In this document: positions 52,086 through 63,185 of the stretch, one piece after another
How the letters are laid out: each line of letters starts with the position of its first letter
Numbering within the stretch: position 1 is the first letter of the stretch
Assembly (NCBI GenBank): GCA_049320885.1
Contig: JBMORA010000035.1
Coordinates: 32,001-96,000, forward strand
Length of the DNA: 64,000 nucleotides
Reading direction: 5' to 3'
DNA from: Thermodesulfobacteriota bacterium
Lineage (GTDB): Bacteria > Desulfobacterota > Desulfobacteria > Desulfobacterales > SURF-7
Notes under the pieces: model-generated
What the model saw: the letters and a program-made list of their open reading frames with translations, nothing else
Database searches by the model: none
What the model was told of the DNA's origin: nothing
Translations under genes and position numbers: made by a program

Positions 52086-55000
52086 ATGCGTAGATTTTTT
52101 CAGTTCGCCCTGCCGGCGCTCATGAGCGTTGTGTTGTTCGGTGCCACGGTATTCATTTTCATTCTGCCAAGAATGGAAGAGGCCATCATGGCCAAAAAGC
52201 GAGAAACCGTCCGGGAACTGGTCCGGACGGTGGTGGACCTTCTGAAAACCTATCAGGCGAATGTGGAAAGCGGAGGTATTGACCTTGGCGAGGCCCAGCA
52301 ACGAGCATTGGCCCGCATCCAGTGCCTCCGGTACGGACCGGAGATGAAAGATTATTTTTGGATCAATGATTTGACCCCGCGGATGCTGGTGCATCCCTAC
52401 CGGTCAGACCTGAACAGGCAGGATCTGCGGAATGTAACGGATCCAAATGGGAAAAAACTGTTTGTCGCAATGGTCCAACAAGCCACCGCGCAGGGCGGTG
52501 GGTTTGTCGAATACCTGTGGCAACACCATGACAACCCCAACAAAATCGTCCCCAAAGTTTCCTATGTGGCGTTATTCAAACCCTGGGGATGGATCATTGG
52601 CTCCGGACTCTATTATGACGATGTCCGTCAAGAAATCGCCAAAATTACAAGGAATCTCGTCCTGGTAGGCATTGGCGTTCTGATGTTGGGCTCGCTTCTC
52701 AGTGCCTATCTTGCCTTCCGCGGCATGAGCGTCATGAAGGAGAATCAACGGATGATGGCCTCGCTGCGTCACAGTGAGGCAAAATTCCGGGGCATCAGTT
52801 CCAGTGCCCACGATGGGATCATCATGATCGATTCCAACGGATTGGTGAATTTCTGGAATCCGGCGGCGGAAAAAATATTCGGTTATCGTGAAGACGAAAT
52901 TATGGGGCGTGATTTGCATAAGCTGCTGGCGTCAGGGAACCAATACCAGAAATATGCCAGTGTGATCAAAAGGTTTCGCGCCGACGGAACCGGCGATGCC
53001 ATCGGCAAAACCATCGAGCTGTTGGCCCTGCACAAAGAGGGTAAGGAAATCCCCATAGAACTGAGTGTGTCTGCGCTTTCTTTCGAGAATAAATGGCATG
53101 CGGTGGGGGTGGTCCGGGATATCTCCGAAAAGAAAAAAGCTGCGGCCAGTCTGCAGGAAAGTGAGACCAAATATCGTTCCCTTTTCGAGTCGACCCATGA
53201 CATCATCTTTTTAATCAAAGGGGATCGGATCGTCGACTGCAATGCCCGGGCAATGGAATTCTTCCAAATCGAAAAGGAAAAGATCCTCGGCAGGACACCG
53301 ATGGAATTGTCGCCGCCGTATCAGGCAGATGGGGAGCTGACAGCTGCGGTGGGCCGGCGTTATTTCGACCTGGTAATGCAGGGAGAGCCCCAGCATTTCG
53401 AATGGACCCATCGGCGCAATGATGGGGAACTCGTTGACACGGACGTGGTATTGAAAAAAATTACCATGCTGGGTGAAGACTTGCTGTTAGGCGTCAGCCG
53501 GGATATTACGGATCGCAAAAAAATGGCGCTGGAGCGCGAAAGGACGGCATCCCTCTTGGTGGCGGCCATTGAACAGGCCCAGGCGGGCGTTATCATTGTC
53601 GACGCATCTGATGGCAGGTTGCTGCACGTAAACAAGGCGGCGCTGCAAATGCTGGGAGAGACACCAGAGCTGCTGAATCCGGATCGCAAGCGGCTGGCCC
53701 GTGCCTCCTGGCGGATCCTGGATACGAATGGTCATATGGTGGATATTGAAAACCAGCCCCTGCGGCTGGCGTATTCCAAGGGCGTGGTGACCGCCAACCA
53801 GACCTATCTCATCGAGCGATCGGATAAAACGAGGATTTGGATCGAAGTCAACGCTTCGCCGGTACGCGACAAGAGCGGCCATATCATCTATGGTGTCGTT
53901 TTTTTCACCGACATCAGCGAGCGCATCCAGACGGAGGTGGCGCTTCGCCGTCTCAACCAATTTCAGGAAAGCATCATCGAGAACGCCAACGTCTGGATGA
54001 CGGTGCATGACCCGGGCGGGAATGCCATCCTCTGGAACAAGGCTGCCGAAACGATCAGCGGTTATGAGCGCACCAGTGTGATCGGCGGCAGTGACATCTG
54101 GACGCGGCTGTATCCCGCTGAAACGGAGCGAAACCGCGTACTGAAAATCATAACGGAAGTCATTCGATCGGGGTGCGCCGTCAGCGGAGATGAAACCGAC
54201 ATCCGTTGTCATGATGGCAGAATAAAAACGATTTCATGGCATATCAGACGGTTGGGAGATGAAGGCAGCAGCCAGCCGGAAGCCTTGTGTCTGGGATATG
54301 ATGTCACCGAAACCAAGCACCTTCAGAACCAGCTCGTCCAGACCCAGAAATTGGAGGCGGTGGGGACATTGGCAGCGGGCATTGCCCACGACTTTAACAA
54401 TATCCTCTGGGGAATCCTCGGGTTCAGCGAATTGGCGTTGGGACAAATCAAGACGAATCCGGAAAAAGCCCTCAACAGCGTCCGGCAGGTCCTTGAAGCC
54501 GGCAACCGCGCCAAATACATGGTGCAGCAGATCCTTCAGTTCAGCCGTCAGTCGGAAATCGCCATTGGGCCGCTTGACGTGACAAGTATCCTGAAAGAGG
54601 TTACCAAACTGTTGAAAGCCACGGTCCCGGCCAATTATGAAATCCGGTTGGCGTTGTCCAACAATGTGGGCTGGGTGCACGCGGATCCCACCCAGCTCCA
54701 CCAGGTGATCATGAACCTTGCCACCAACGCCTATCATGCCATGCAGCCCTTTGACAAAGGGGTGTTGTCTTTCTCGCTGGATATGCTGGAAACGGATTTC
54801 CCCATCAATTGTCAGGACCAGAACCTGCCGGCAGGGAAGTATGTTCGTCTTCAGATTGCAGACACCGGGACAGGCATCGACCCGGAAAACTTCGATAAAA
54901 TATTCGACCCGTATTTCACGACGAAAAAACAAAGTGAAGGCACAGGTCTGGGGCTGGCCGTGTCCTATGGCATCATCAAAGCCCACCATGGCGGCATCCA

Positions 55001-55481
55001 GGTGGACAGCCGCAAAGGGGAAGGCACCTGCTTTTCGATTTACCTGCCCGCCCGGCGCGATGCGGCCGTGGAAGTCATTCTGCATAAAGAAGAAAGCAGG
55101 GGCGGTACCGAGCATATCTTATGTGTCGATGATGAAAAGCCGCTGACCAAGATGACCGAAGACATGCTCAAGAGAATGGGATATACCGTAACCGCTTTTT
55201 GCAGCAGTCCGGAAGCCCTGGATTATTTCACAAGTCATGCCGAGGAGTTCGACCTGGTGATCACCGACCAGGCCATGCCGAAAATGACCGGCCTGGCACT
55301 GGCGGCGAAAATCAAGGCCATCCATCCCCGGACCCCCATCATTCTGTGCACCGGTTTCAGTGAGCACATCACGGCGGAAAACCTGGAACGCAGCGGAATT
55401 TCCATGATTTTGAAAAAACCAGTAACCGGAAACGATCTGTCGTTGTCGATCCGCAAGATATTGGACGAAAACAAAATATAA
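52086..55481 (+). CDS. Cache + multi-PAS hybrid histidine kinase
   Basis: DYFWIND (Cache), PAS repeats, AHDFNN, GTGLGL, C-terminal receiver. Confidence 0.95.
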   Translation: MRRFFQFALPALMSVVLFGATVFIFILPRMEEAIMAKKRETVRELVRTVVDLLKTYQANVESGGIDLGEAQQRALARIQCLRYGPEMKDYFWINDLTPRMLVHPYRSDLNRQDLRNVTDPNGKKLFVAMVQQATAQGGGFVEYLWQHHDNPNKIVPKVSYVALFKPWGWIIGSGLYYDDVRQEIAKITRNLVLVGIGVLMLGSLLSAYLAFRGMSVMKENQRMMASLRHSEAKFRGISSSAHDGIIMIDSNGLVNFWNPAAEKIFGYREDEIMGRDLHKLLASGNQYQKYASVIKRFRADGTGDAIGKTIELLALHKEGKEIPIELSVSALSFENKWHAVGVVRDISEKKKAAASLQESETKYRSLFESTHDIIFLIKGDRIVDCNARAMEFFQIEKEKILGRTPMELSPPYQADGELTAAVGRRYFDLVMQGEPQHFEWTHRRNDGELVDTDVVLKKITMLGEDLLLGVSRDITDRKKMALERERTASLLVAAIEQAQAGVIIVDASDGRLLHVNKAALQMLGETPELLNPDRKRLARASWRILDTNGHMVDIENQPLRLAYSKGVVTANQTYLIERSDKTRIWIEVNASPVRDKSGHIIYGVVFFTDISERIQTEVALRRLNQFQESIIENANVWMTVHDPGGNAILWNKAAETISGYERTSVIGGSDIWTRLYPAETERNRVLKIITEVIRSGCAVSGDETDIRCHDGRIKTISWHIRRLGDEGSSQPEALCLGYDVTETKHLQNQLVQTQKLEAVGTLAAGIAHDFNNILWGILGFSELALGQIKTNPEKALNSVRQVLEAGNRAKYMVQQILQFSRQSEIAIGPLDVTSILKEVTKLLKATVPANYEIRLALSNNVGWVHADPTQLHQVIMNLATNAYHAMQPFDKGVLSFSLDMLETDFPINCQDQNLPAGKYVRLQIADTGTGIDPENFDKIFDPYFTTKKQSEGTGLGLAVSYGIIKAHHGGIQVDSRKGEGTCFSIYLPARRDAAVEVILHKEESRGGTEHILCVDDEKPLTKMTEDMLKRMGYTVTAFCSSPEALDYFTSHAEEFDLVITDQAMPKMTGLALAAKIKAIHPRTPIILCTGFSEHITAENLERSGISMILKKPVTGNDLSLSIRKILDENKI

Positions 55482-55734
55482 TCAATAAATGGCCAATATC
55501 CCCGAAGCTGGTCATACGCCTCGCCAAGGGGTTGCTTGCCTGCCAGGATAACCGAACACGATCCGCTTTCGTTTGGGGCGGAGTCGCTGCGCCTTCCATT
55601 TTTCCACTCAAAATGGAAATTCTATTTTTTGTGGGGAAATGCCAATGACGCTTCGTTGCACAGAACACCTCACGAAAATATCCATCCATTAAAAAATAAA
55701 AGTAAAATCAATATATTATAAAATTTTCCTCCTG

Positions 55735-55751
55735 TTGGCACTCCTCTTGCG
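55735..55751 (+). promoter_or_regulatory. Sigma54 promoter of the MCP-cheW operon
   Basis: TTGGCACTCCTCTTGCG fits the TGGCAC-N5-TTGC-type consensus (GG-N10-GC). Confidence 0.8.
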
Positions 55752-55872
55752 AAGGCCTGATAGTGTCCGACAAACACCGGCGGTGAAAGCAGGTCAAGGC
55801 AGGAAAACAGAGCGTAACGGATTTAGATTAGAACAACAATAACGCAACCCCCAAATAAAGGAGTGCAGCAAC

Positions 55873-58017
55873 ATGAGAACATTTGGAATCGGTAAGAAAA
55901 TGATGCTGGGCGGACTTTCCATTGTCATTATTCCGCTGGTTGTCGTGGGCTTCTATTCGATTTTAAAGGCTTCCAACGGATTACAGACGCTGGCGGAGGA
56001 ACGGGCTGCCATGACCGCCGCAACCCTCGCCAAAATGACGGAACTGGCCTTGAACGAGGAGACCAAGCTGATCAGGGAAATCGCTTTGGATTCTCATGTC
56101 GTGCAAGCGGCGGCATTCAAAGACAGCCAAGATGCCATAGCGGCTGCCAATGAATTGCTTTCGAAGAAGCTGGCGGTATTGGGGGATACTTATGAAGAGA
56201 TTTTTGCAATCGATGAAAAGGGCATCGTTTTCAGTGACAGCGCAGACGGGAAAATGGCTGGCATGAGTCTGGGCGACCGGGCGTATTTCCAGACAGCTTT
56301 ACAAGGAGCGGCGGTCGTCAGCGATGCCTTGAAATCCAAAGTGACGGGGGCGCCGATTGTGGTCGTCGCAGCCCCCATACTGGATCCAGCCGGAAAGATC
56401 TGCGGGGTTGCCGGAACTTCCCTCAAGATCGATTTTCTCATCGAAAAAATCGTTTCCACCAGGATCGGTGAAACCGGCTACCCCTTTATGGTGAATAAGG
56501 ACGGACTCACCATCGCCCATCCCAAAAAAGAATATATCCTGGATTTGAATCTGCGGGATGACACCCAGAGCCAGATGGAAACCATCATGCGCCGGATGCT
56601 GCAGGGAGAAAAAGGCGTGGAGCATTATGTTTTCAACAATACTCCGAAAATCGCCGGTTTCGCCCCAGTGGCCATCACCAACTGGAGTCTTGCCGTGACC
56701 CAGGATGAAGCGGAATTCATGCAAGCGGTTCATACGATTCGAAACGGCATCCTCCTCGTGGGCTTCATCTCGTTGACTCTGGCGACTGTTCTGGTGCTCA
56801 GTTTTTCCCGGAGTATATCCCAACCCCTTGTCAAAGCGGCTTCCGTGGCCAATGCCATTGCCGTGGGGGATTTGTCGAAACGCGTGAATTACACCTCGCG
56901 GGATGAGGTCGGTTCGTTGTCGCAATCACTGGACAAGATGGCGGTCAGTTTGGAGCAAAAGGCGAAATTGGCCCAGACAATTGCCGCCGGCGATTTGACT
57001 TCCGATGTACCCATCGCTTCGGAAACCGATATCCTCGGGAAAGCCCTCCAGAAAATGGTGCTGAACCTGAACGATGTGTTGGGGGATGTCAACAGTGCTT
57101 CCATGCAAGTTTCCGCAGGAACTAGTCAGGTATCGGAATCCAGTCAATCGCTTTCCCAGGGCGCCACCGAGCAGGCGTCCTCGCTGGAAGAAATCACCAG
57201 CTCGGTGACAGAACTGGCCAGCCAGACCAAATCCAATGCCGAGAACGCCTCACAGGCCAACCAACTGGCAGTTACCGCCCGGAATACCGCGGATAAAGGC
57301 AATACCCACATGCAGGGCATGGTGGCAGCCATGACCGACATCGCCGGATCCAGCAAGGAAATCGCCAAAATCATCAAAGCGATCGATGACATTGCCTTTC
57401 AAACCAATCTGCTGGCGCTGAATGCGGCGGTTGAGGCAGCGCGGGCTGGAAAACACGGCAAGGGATTTGCGGTGGTCGCCCAGGAAGTGCGCAATCTGGC
57501 CTGGCGAAGCGCCAAGGCCGCTCAGGAAACCACCGAGCTCATTGAGGGTGCCGTTAAAAAGGTCGAAAATGGAACAGAGATTGTCAATCAAACCGCAGCG
57601 GCCCTGAACGAAATCGTTTCGGGCGCCACAAAGGTCGCCGATCTGGTGGCCGAAATCGCCTCGGCCAGCAATGAGCAGGCCCAAGGCATCAGCCAGATCA
57701 ATCAGGCCCTTTCGCAAGTCGACCAGGTAACCCAGTCGAACACGGCCAATGCGGAAGAAACCGCGGCAGCGGCCGAGGAACTGTCCGGTCAGGCTGTCCA
57801 GTTGCAACAGCTGGTGTCGCGATTCAAGCTGAACAGCGCAAAATCCTTGGCATATAGCGAACGGGCAGCCCTGCCGGAATCCAATCAGACCCAAACCCGC
57901 CGAAAAAAAACAGGTGCCATCGCTTGGGGGGAAAACAATGATATGGGCCGCAACGACAAGGTGGTTGATCCGGCGATGGTCATTGCATTGGATGAAAGCG
58001 AATTCGGCCGGTATTAA
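55873..58017 (+). CDS. Methyl-accepting chemotaxis protein (dCache, HAMP)
   Basis: IAFQTNLLALNAAVEAARAG; C-terminal EFGRY pentapeptide. Confidence 0.95.
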   Translation: MRTFGIGKKMMLGGLSIVIIPLVVVGFYSILKASNGLQTLAEERAAMTAATLAKMTELALNEETKLIREIALDSHVVQAAAFKDSQDAIAAANELLSKKLAVLGDTYEEIFAIDEKGIVFSDSADGKMAGMSLGDRAYFQTALQGAAVVSDALKSKVTGAPIVVVAAPILDPAGKICGVAGTSLKIDFLIEKIVSTRIGETGYPFMVNKDGLTIAHPKKEYILDLNLRDDTQSQMETIMRRMLQGEKGVEHYVFNNTPKIAGFAPVAITNWSLAVTQDEAEFMQAVHTIRNGILLVGFISLTLATVLVLSFSRSISQPLVKAASVANAIAVGDLSKRVNYTSRDEVGSLSQSLDKMAVSLEQKAKLAQTIAAGDLTSDVPIASETDILGKALQKMVLNLNDVLGDVNSASMQVSAGTSQVSESSQSLSQGATEQASSLEEITSSVTELASQTKSNAENASQANQLAVTARNTADKGNTHMQGMVAAMTDIAGSSKEIAKIIKAIDDIAFQTNLLALNAAVEAARAGKHGKGFAVVAQEVRNLAWRSAKAAQETTELIEGAVKKVENGTEIVNQTAAALNEIVSGATKVADLVAEIASASNEQAQGISQINQALSQVDQVTQSNTANAEETAAAAEELSGQAVQLQQLVSRFKLNSAKSLAYSERAALPESNQTQTRRKKTGAIAWGENNDMGRNDKVVDPAMVIALDESEFGRY

Positions 58018-58032
58018 TCGAGAAGGAGATCG

Positions 58033-58515
58033 ATGATGAAAAACGCACGACTTGATGCAATTGATATTGAAATCGACGAAGAAGCAGACGACACCAATGA
58101 GAACCGGTTTTTAACTTTCAGACTGGAAGATGAGGAATACGGCCTTGAGATCAATTATGTAAAAGAAGTGGTGGGGCTTCAAAAAATCACCGCCATACCG
58201 GATGTACCAGAGTATATCAAAGGGGTCCTCAATCTCAGGGGCCAGGTAATTCCGATTATGGACGCCCGAGCCCGTTTCAACCTGAGCGAAAAGGCCTATA
58301 ACGATAGAACCTGCGTCGTGGTGATCGATGTGGACATGACCCCCCTGGGCCTGATCGTCGATGAAGTCAAAGATGTATTGGAAATACCCGCGGAAAAAAT
58401 ATCGGCGCCGCCGAGAATGCAGCAGACGGAAGCAAACCATTTTATCCGTGGCTTGGGCAGACACGATGATGCGGTAAAAATTCTTTTGGATGCGAGGACA
58501 CTGTTTGACCTATGA
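58033..58515 (+). CDS. cheW: Chemotaxis coupling protein CheW
   Basis: FLTFRL, GVLNLRGQVIPI, GLIVDEV. Confidence 0.95.
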   Translation: MMKNARLDAIDIEIDEEADDTNENRFLTFRLEDEEYGLEINYVKEVVGLQKITAIPDVPEYIKGVLNLRGQVIPIMDARARFNLSEKAYNDRTCVVVIDVDMTPLGLIVDEVKDVLEIPAEKISAPPRMQQTEANHFIRGLGRHDDAVKILLDARTLFDL

Positions 58516-58658
58516 CTTCACGAGGCTGCCAGCTGATGAACAAGTCATTGCAATTGCCAGTCACTGATTTACCAATAGCTTGACGCGCAATTAAAAACCA
58601 TTGATTTCATGAATGCGGAAACGTGATTGGGCATAGGTCATCGATAGGAAATTTGGCT

Positions 58659-59135
58659 ATGAAAATAATAGCTTTTAGTGAGACAGCCGACGCGCCTTTT
58701 TTCGGGATTTTAAAAACGTTTGAGCGTGCTGATAAATGCCAGGTGTTACGTTTTTGTACGGCAAAGGATTTTAAGGAGGCGGTTCGAACAAACATTGCTC
58801 CCAAACCAGTTATCCTTTTTTCGGCTGTAGAAAGGTCACAGTTTCGCCATCTTCAGGATATCAGAGATTATTTATTCGACTCCATCCTATTGCTGATCGT
58901 ACCAAATGAAGAGCATTACCAAAGTTTTCAAAAAGAGAGTGCCATTTATCCACGGTATGTATTTTACAAAGAAGATGAACAGCAACTGTTACCGTCGGTG
59001 CTGACCAAATTGGGAGAAAAGATAGCAATTTCACAGATAGAACAATCATCTTGCATACCTGAAAAAAAGAGGTGGTCATTTGACACCAAGAAAAATTCCG
59101 ATGACTCAGAAATTATACGAGATACTCAAGCGTAG
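58659..59135 (+). CDS. Hypothetical low-GC protein
   Basis: ORF with an AGGA RBS; no recognisable motif. Confidence 0.5.
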   Translation: MKIIAFSETADAPFFGILKTFERADKCQVLRFCTAKDFKEAVRTNIAPKPVILFSAVERSQFRHLQDIRDYLFDSILLLIVPNEEHYQSFQKESAIYPRYVFYKEDEQQLLPSVLTKLGEKIAISQIEQSSCIPEKKRWSFDTKKNSDDSEIIRDTQA

Positions 59136-59288
59136 GCAGGAAAACAGCGAAAGCGATAAGCCTTGGGTATTCTGGCATCGGTTCTACAGCCAGAAAAAAA
59201 GTCTCACACGGAGTCTCACACAGCAAAATAAAATAGAAAGGGGATAACTTCCTGTATCAGTTATCCCCCACTATTCATTAAGTATTTT

Positions 59289-59364
59289 TGGTGGAGCTGA
59301 GGGGGATCGAACCCCTGGCCTCATGACTGCCAGTCATGCGCTCTCCCAGCTGAGCTACAGCCCC
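59289..59364 (-). tRNA. tRNA-Ala(GGC)
   Basis: GGGGCTGTAGCTCAGCTGGGAGAGCGCATGACTGGCAGTCATGAGGCCAGGGGTTCGATCCCCCTCAGCTCCACCA, 76 nt, CCA encoded. Confidence 0.97.
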
Positions 59365-59551
59365 AGAAAACCCCAAAAAAAGACAAAAGACGATTAGCAG
59401 AAAACCGCGGCCAGTGTCAACAATAAATTTTATCTGTTTTCAGAGAAATGATTGACAAAAGCCGGGAGAAAAAATAATAGATTAATTCCTTTGAACCATC
59501 TGCATGCGCCAGTGGGTTTGACCAAATTTTCATAGCAAGGGAGTTGCATTT

Positions 59552-61450
59552 ATGATGCTCAGAAACATGCGGAAAAACGCCTCCTCATGGGTGATTAAAA
59601 TTCTGTTAAGCCTTATCGTTCTCGCCTTTATATTCACGGGCGTGGGCACCTATCAAGCGGAGAAAGCCAACCGGCTCGGTCTTGTCAACGGTGAGACGCT
59701 TCTGGTTTCCGAATACCGCGACACCTACCAGAATCTGATCGAACAGCTGCGCCAGCGCTATGGTAACAACCTGAACAGCGAGATGCTCGAAATGCTGCAG
59801 GTGAAGAAACAGGCGCTCGATAGGCTCATCGGACAAAAACTGATCCTGCAGGAAGCCCAAAAACGTGGTTTGATCGTCGGGGATGAAGAACTGGCCGAAA
59901 CCATCCGCGGCATGGGTATTTTCAACGAAGCGGGGGAATTCAGCCAGAAACGCTACGACCGGATGTTGAGTCGGGTGCAAATGTCGCCGGAAATTTTCGA
60001 AACCAAGCAACGGGAGGCGATGCTCGCCGATAAACTGCAGACCCTGATCACCGACAATGTCAAGGTAACGGAAAAGGAAGCCCATGAATGGTTCAACTGG
60101 TTGAATGCCGAGGTGAACCTCGATGTCGTGAGTTTCCAGCCGGATCAATACAAGGATATCGTCCCCGCCGAGGAAGAAATCAACAATTATTACAAAACCA
60201 ACAAGGAGAAATATAAAACCGATTCCATGGTCAAGGCCGGGTATATCCGGTTCGCCGCCAAAGATTATCTGGATAAGGTTTCCGTTTCCGAGGCGGAACT
60301 GAAGGATTACTATACCGAAAACCGGAAACGGTACGAAACTCCCAAAACCGTCGAGGCCCGCCATATCCTGCTGCGGCTTGATGCCAACGCGCCCGCGGCC
60401 CTGGTGGAGGAAAAACGGGCCAAAGCCCAGGAAATCGCCAATCAGGCCCGACAGCCCGGCCAGGATTTCGCCAAGCTGGCCAGGGAATTCACCGAGGAGC
60501 CGAATAAGGAAAACGGCGGCTTCCTGAAGGCGTTCCGGCGCGAGGAGATGGTGGCGCCTTTTTCCGATAAGGCATTTTCCATGCAGGTAGACGAGATCAG
60601 TGACCCGGTGAGAACCCAGTTCGGGTGGCATGTCATCAAGGTGGAAAAAATCAATGAGAAATCGGAAAAAACCTTCGAGGCGGTCCAGGAGGAGATCCGA
60701 AAAACCGTGACGGATGAAAAAGCCAAAGCCCTGGCCTATGAGGAGGCTGAAGCGGTTTTTGAGATATCCATTGAAGGGGATGATCTGGAGCAAAGCGCCA
60801 AGGAACGGAGCCTGGCGTTGTCCACCACGGACTATTTCACGGCGGCCGGTCCCAAGGAAGGGGTTCCCGACCGGTTGAAATTCGCCCGGGCGGCGTTCGA
60901 TCTGCCGGAAAAGGGCATCAGCGATGTATTGGAGTTGCAGGACGGTTATTATATTCTTCAGGTCCAGGAAAAGGTTCCCTCCAAGACAGCGGAATATGCT
61001 GATGTCAAGGAAACAGTGACGGCGGATTTAAAGAAGGAGTTGCAGGACGCCAAGGCTTCCGCTGAAGCGGATCAATTCTTCCAGGCCTTGACGGCTGAGC
61101 CGGGATCCTTTGCGGCCGAGAGCGGAAAACGGGGCCTGGAGGTGATCAGCACCGGCTTTTTCAAGCGTGAGGGAACGATCCCGCGCATCGGCATGGAGGA
61201 AAGCCTGGCGGAGGCCGCTTTCAACCTGTCCGCGGAGGAACCGCGACCGAAACAGGTCATCCGTGGTCAGATGGGGTATTACATCATTCAGTTGAAGGAA
61301 CGCAGAATATCCGATACCATGAAATTCGACGCGGAGAAAAAAAAGCTGATGGCGCAACTGACGGTGCAGAAAAAAAATCAGCGCTTCAGCAAATGGCTGG
61401 CGCAACTGCGCGAAAAAAGTGACATCACCATTCAGGAAGGCTTATTGTAA
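59552..61450 (+). CDS. ppiD: PpiD-like SurA-N/parvulin periplasmic chaperone
   Basis: N-terminal TM anchor, ARHIL, PVRTQFGWHVIK. Confidence 0.88.
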   Translation: MMLRNMRKNASSWVIKILLSLIVLAFIFTGVGTYQAEKANRLGLVNGETLLVSEYRDTYQNLIEQLRQRYGNNLNSEMLEMLQVKKQALDRLIGQKLILQEAQKRGLIVGDEELAETIRGMGIFNEAGEFSQKRYDRMLSRVQMSPEIFETKQREAMLADKLQTLITDNVKVTEKEAHEWFNWLNAEVNLDVVSFQPDQYKDIVPAEEEINNYYKTNKEKYKTDSMVKAGYIRFAAKDYLDKVSVSEAELKDYYTENRKRYETPKTVEARHILLRLDANAPAALVEEKRAKAQEIANQARQPGQDFAKLAREFTEEPNKENGGFLKAFRREEMVAPFSDKAFSMQVDEISDPVRTQFGWHVIKVEKINEKSEKTFEAVQEEIRKTVTDEKAKALAYEEAEAVFEISIEGDDLEQSAKERSLALSTTDYFTAAGPKEGVPDRLKFARAAFDLPEKGISDVLELQDGYYILQVQEKVPSKTAEYADVKETVTADLKKELQDAKASAEADQFFQALTAEPGSFAAESGKRGLEVISTGFFKREGTIPRIGMEESLAEAAFNLSAEEPRPKQVIRGQMGYYIIQLKERRISDTMKFDAEKKKLMAQLTVQKKNQRFSKWLAQLREKSDITIQEGLL

Positions 61451-61498
61451 TTGAAAACCGGGCCGGCCCAGGACAAGTCGGCCGGCCATGGGGGAACG

Positions 61499-61735
61499 AT
61501 GGGCAAAGACGGGTTCCATACGGGCGACTTTTTGCAGTATAAAAAATGTCCGGAATGTTATACGAAATTGCCGATGAATGCCCAGAAATGCCACTCCTGC
61601 AATCAGAAGGTGGGGGAAATCGACAAGTTCGGATTTGCCAAGAAGCCGTTTAACTGGGTTGGATACGGCTCTGCTCTGGTGCTGTGGATCGCATTCGGGT
61701 ATTTTTTCTGGTGGGCTTTTTTAAAGGACCAATAA
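61499..61735 (+). CDS. Small zinc-ribbon membrane protein
   Basis: CPEC..CHSC plus a C-terminal TM helix. Confidence 0.65.
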   Translation: MGKDGFHTGDFLQYKKCPECYTKLPMNAQKCHSCNQKVGEIDKFGFAKKPFNWVGYGSALVLWIAFGYFFWWAFLKDQ

Positions 61736-61740
61736 GCCCG

Positions 61741-62409
61741 TCAGCCGGCGATCATTGCCCGCATGATATCTCCCGCTTTTTCGGCGTGGTCGGCGACGGT
61801 GCCGACTATTTCGGCGAACCGGATCATGTAAAACAAATCCGTGGCTTCCAGATTGAGGGTGAAGATTTTCTGTTTCAGGAGATTTTCGGCACGATCCGCC
61901 TCGTGTTCTTTCAGCCGGAGGTTACGGATCCGGTCGATGACGGTGCCGCGCTGTTTCGCCGTGGGTTTGCGGAAAAATCTCCGCGCTTCGTCCACCATTT
62001 CCACCAGTTCCTCGATGGGCTCGATGACGGCATCCACCAGCAGATTGGTTTCCTTGGTCAGAATCGCCGGGATGCCGGCCGTCGGGCGGTAGGAAAGCCA
62101 GGCCAGGGATTCTTCCACCGCGTTCAGGATATGGTCCTGCTCTCCCAGGTACATGAAAATCTGAAATTTATCAAAGGGCATTAAAAACTGTCTGGACATG
62201 CGGGTGCGGACCCGTCGCTTGATGATGTCCGCTTCGTTCTCCAGATTGACAACCTCCTTGCGATGCTCCTCGAAGGATTGACATTGCTGGTTCAGATGGC
62301 ATTCGATGGCCTGCTGGAAGGCCCAGGTGCATTCTTTTACTTTTTCGGCATGCTCCTGGATGCCGTCCAAAGGGGATCGCATGAAAAGAGGTAAGAATGG
62401 TATCCGCAT
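61741..62409 (-). CDS. DUF47/TIGR00153 PhoU-like phosphate transport regulator
   Basis: SPLDGIQEH, LENEADIIK, EHEAD, ADHAEKAGD. Confidence 0.85.
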   Translation of the reverse strand: MRIPFLPLFMRSPLDGIQEHAEKVKECTWAFQQAIECHLNQQCQSFEEHRKEVVNLENEADIIKRRVRTRMSRQFLMPFDKFQIFMYLGEQDHILNAVEESLAWLSYRPTAGIPAILTKETNLLVDAVIEPIEELVEMVDEARRFFRKPTAKQRGTVIDRIRNLRLKEHEADRAENLLKQKIFTLNLEATDLFYMIRFAEIVGTVADHAEKAGDIMRAMIAG

Positions 62410-62516
62410 TTCCGGCTCCTGTTTTACATGAATCAAATGAATCAATCGTCAATGGCTGTCGGTCTTCCATGTGGCGAACAGTGAATACGAGTCAGGATGA
62501 AGAGGGGGAATTGCCG

Positions 62517-62924
62517 TCAGGAATCGTCTGTCTGCTGATTGCGTTTGTTCCAGCGCTCGATTTTGTCGAACCCGTCCAGGGCGGCCCGAAACAGGATTTT
62601 CAGATCCACCGGTTTGGTGAAATAATCGTCGAAACCAGCCGCCCGGCAATCGGAAAATTCGTAGCGCGAGGCGTATCCGGTAACGGCGTATATGATCGCC
62701 ATGGGGTTTTGTTTGCGAATCCTGCGGCATAACTCCAGCCCGTCCATTTTGGGCAATTTCAGATCCAGGAACATGACCGGATATTTCTCCCGATCCAGAA
62801 TCGCCAGCGCCTCTTCGGCGCTTTGGGCGCGACGCACCGTATAGCCAGCCCGATTGAAACCATTTTTGAACAGATCGATGATCATGTCATCGTCATCGAC
62901 GATCAATATGTTTCTGCTCACCAT
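62517..62924 (-). CDS. Single-domain response regulator
   Basis: ILIVDDD, DLKLPKMDG, VTG, FTKP. Confidence 0.92.
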   Translation of the reverse strand: MVSRNILIVDDDDMIIDLFKNGFNRAGYTVRRAQSAEEALAILDREKYPVMFLDLKLPKMDGLELCRRIRKQNPMAIIYAVTGYASRYEFSDCRAAGFDDYFTKPVDLKILFRAALDGFDKIERWNKRNQQTDDS

Positions 62925-63185
62925 GGAGTATCCCCTGCTTCATTCCGAATGCTCAACGACCTCTCCCTGATAAGGCCAGGCTTCAGATCAGGCCGCAATA
63001 CGAAAGAAAACGCTCTTCCACCGTCGCCGACGTTCCGGTCGCACACCAGCTCGGAAAGGGGCTGATGAATTTCAACCAGTTTCCATGGTCTCGTTATATA
63101 ACCAATCATTTTGCGAATTTCAAATCAATTCCGCTAGGATTCATCCATCTTGCGGAAGAGTTCCGCTGCTTGTCGCATCGCGATC

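Noticed and set aside
57496..57510. Trp in the MCP hairpin (NLAWRSA), where a small or polar residue is usual
   Set aside because: A single-base difference that cannot be told from sequencing error or neutral variation.
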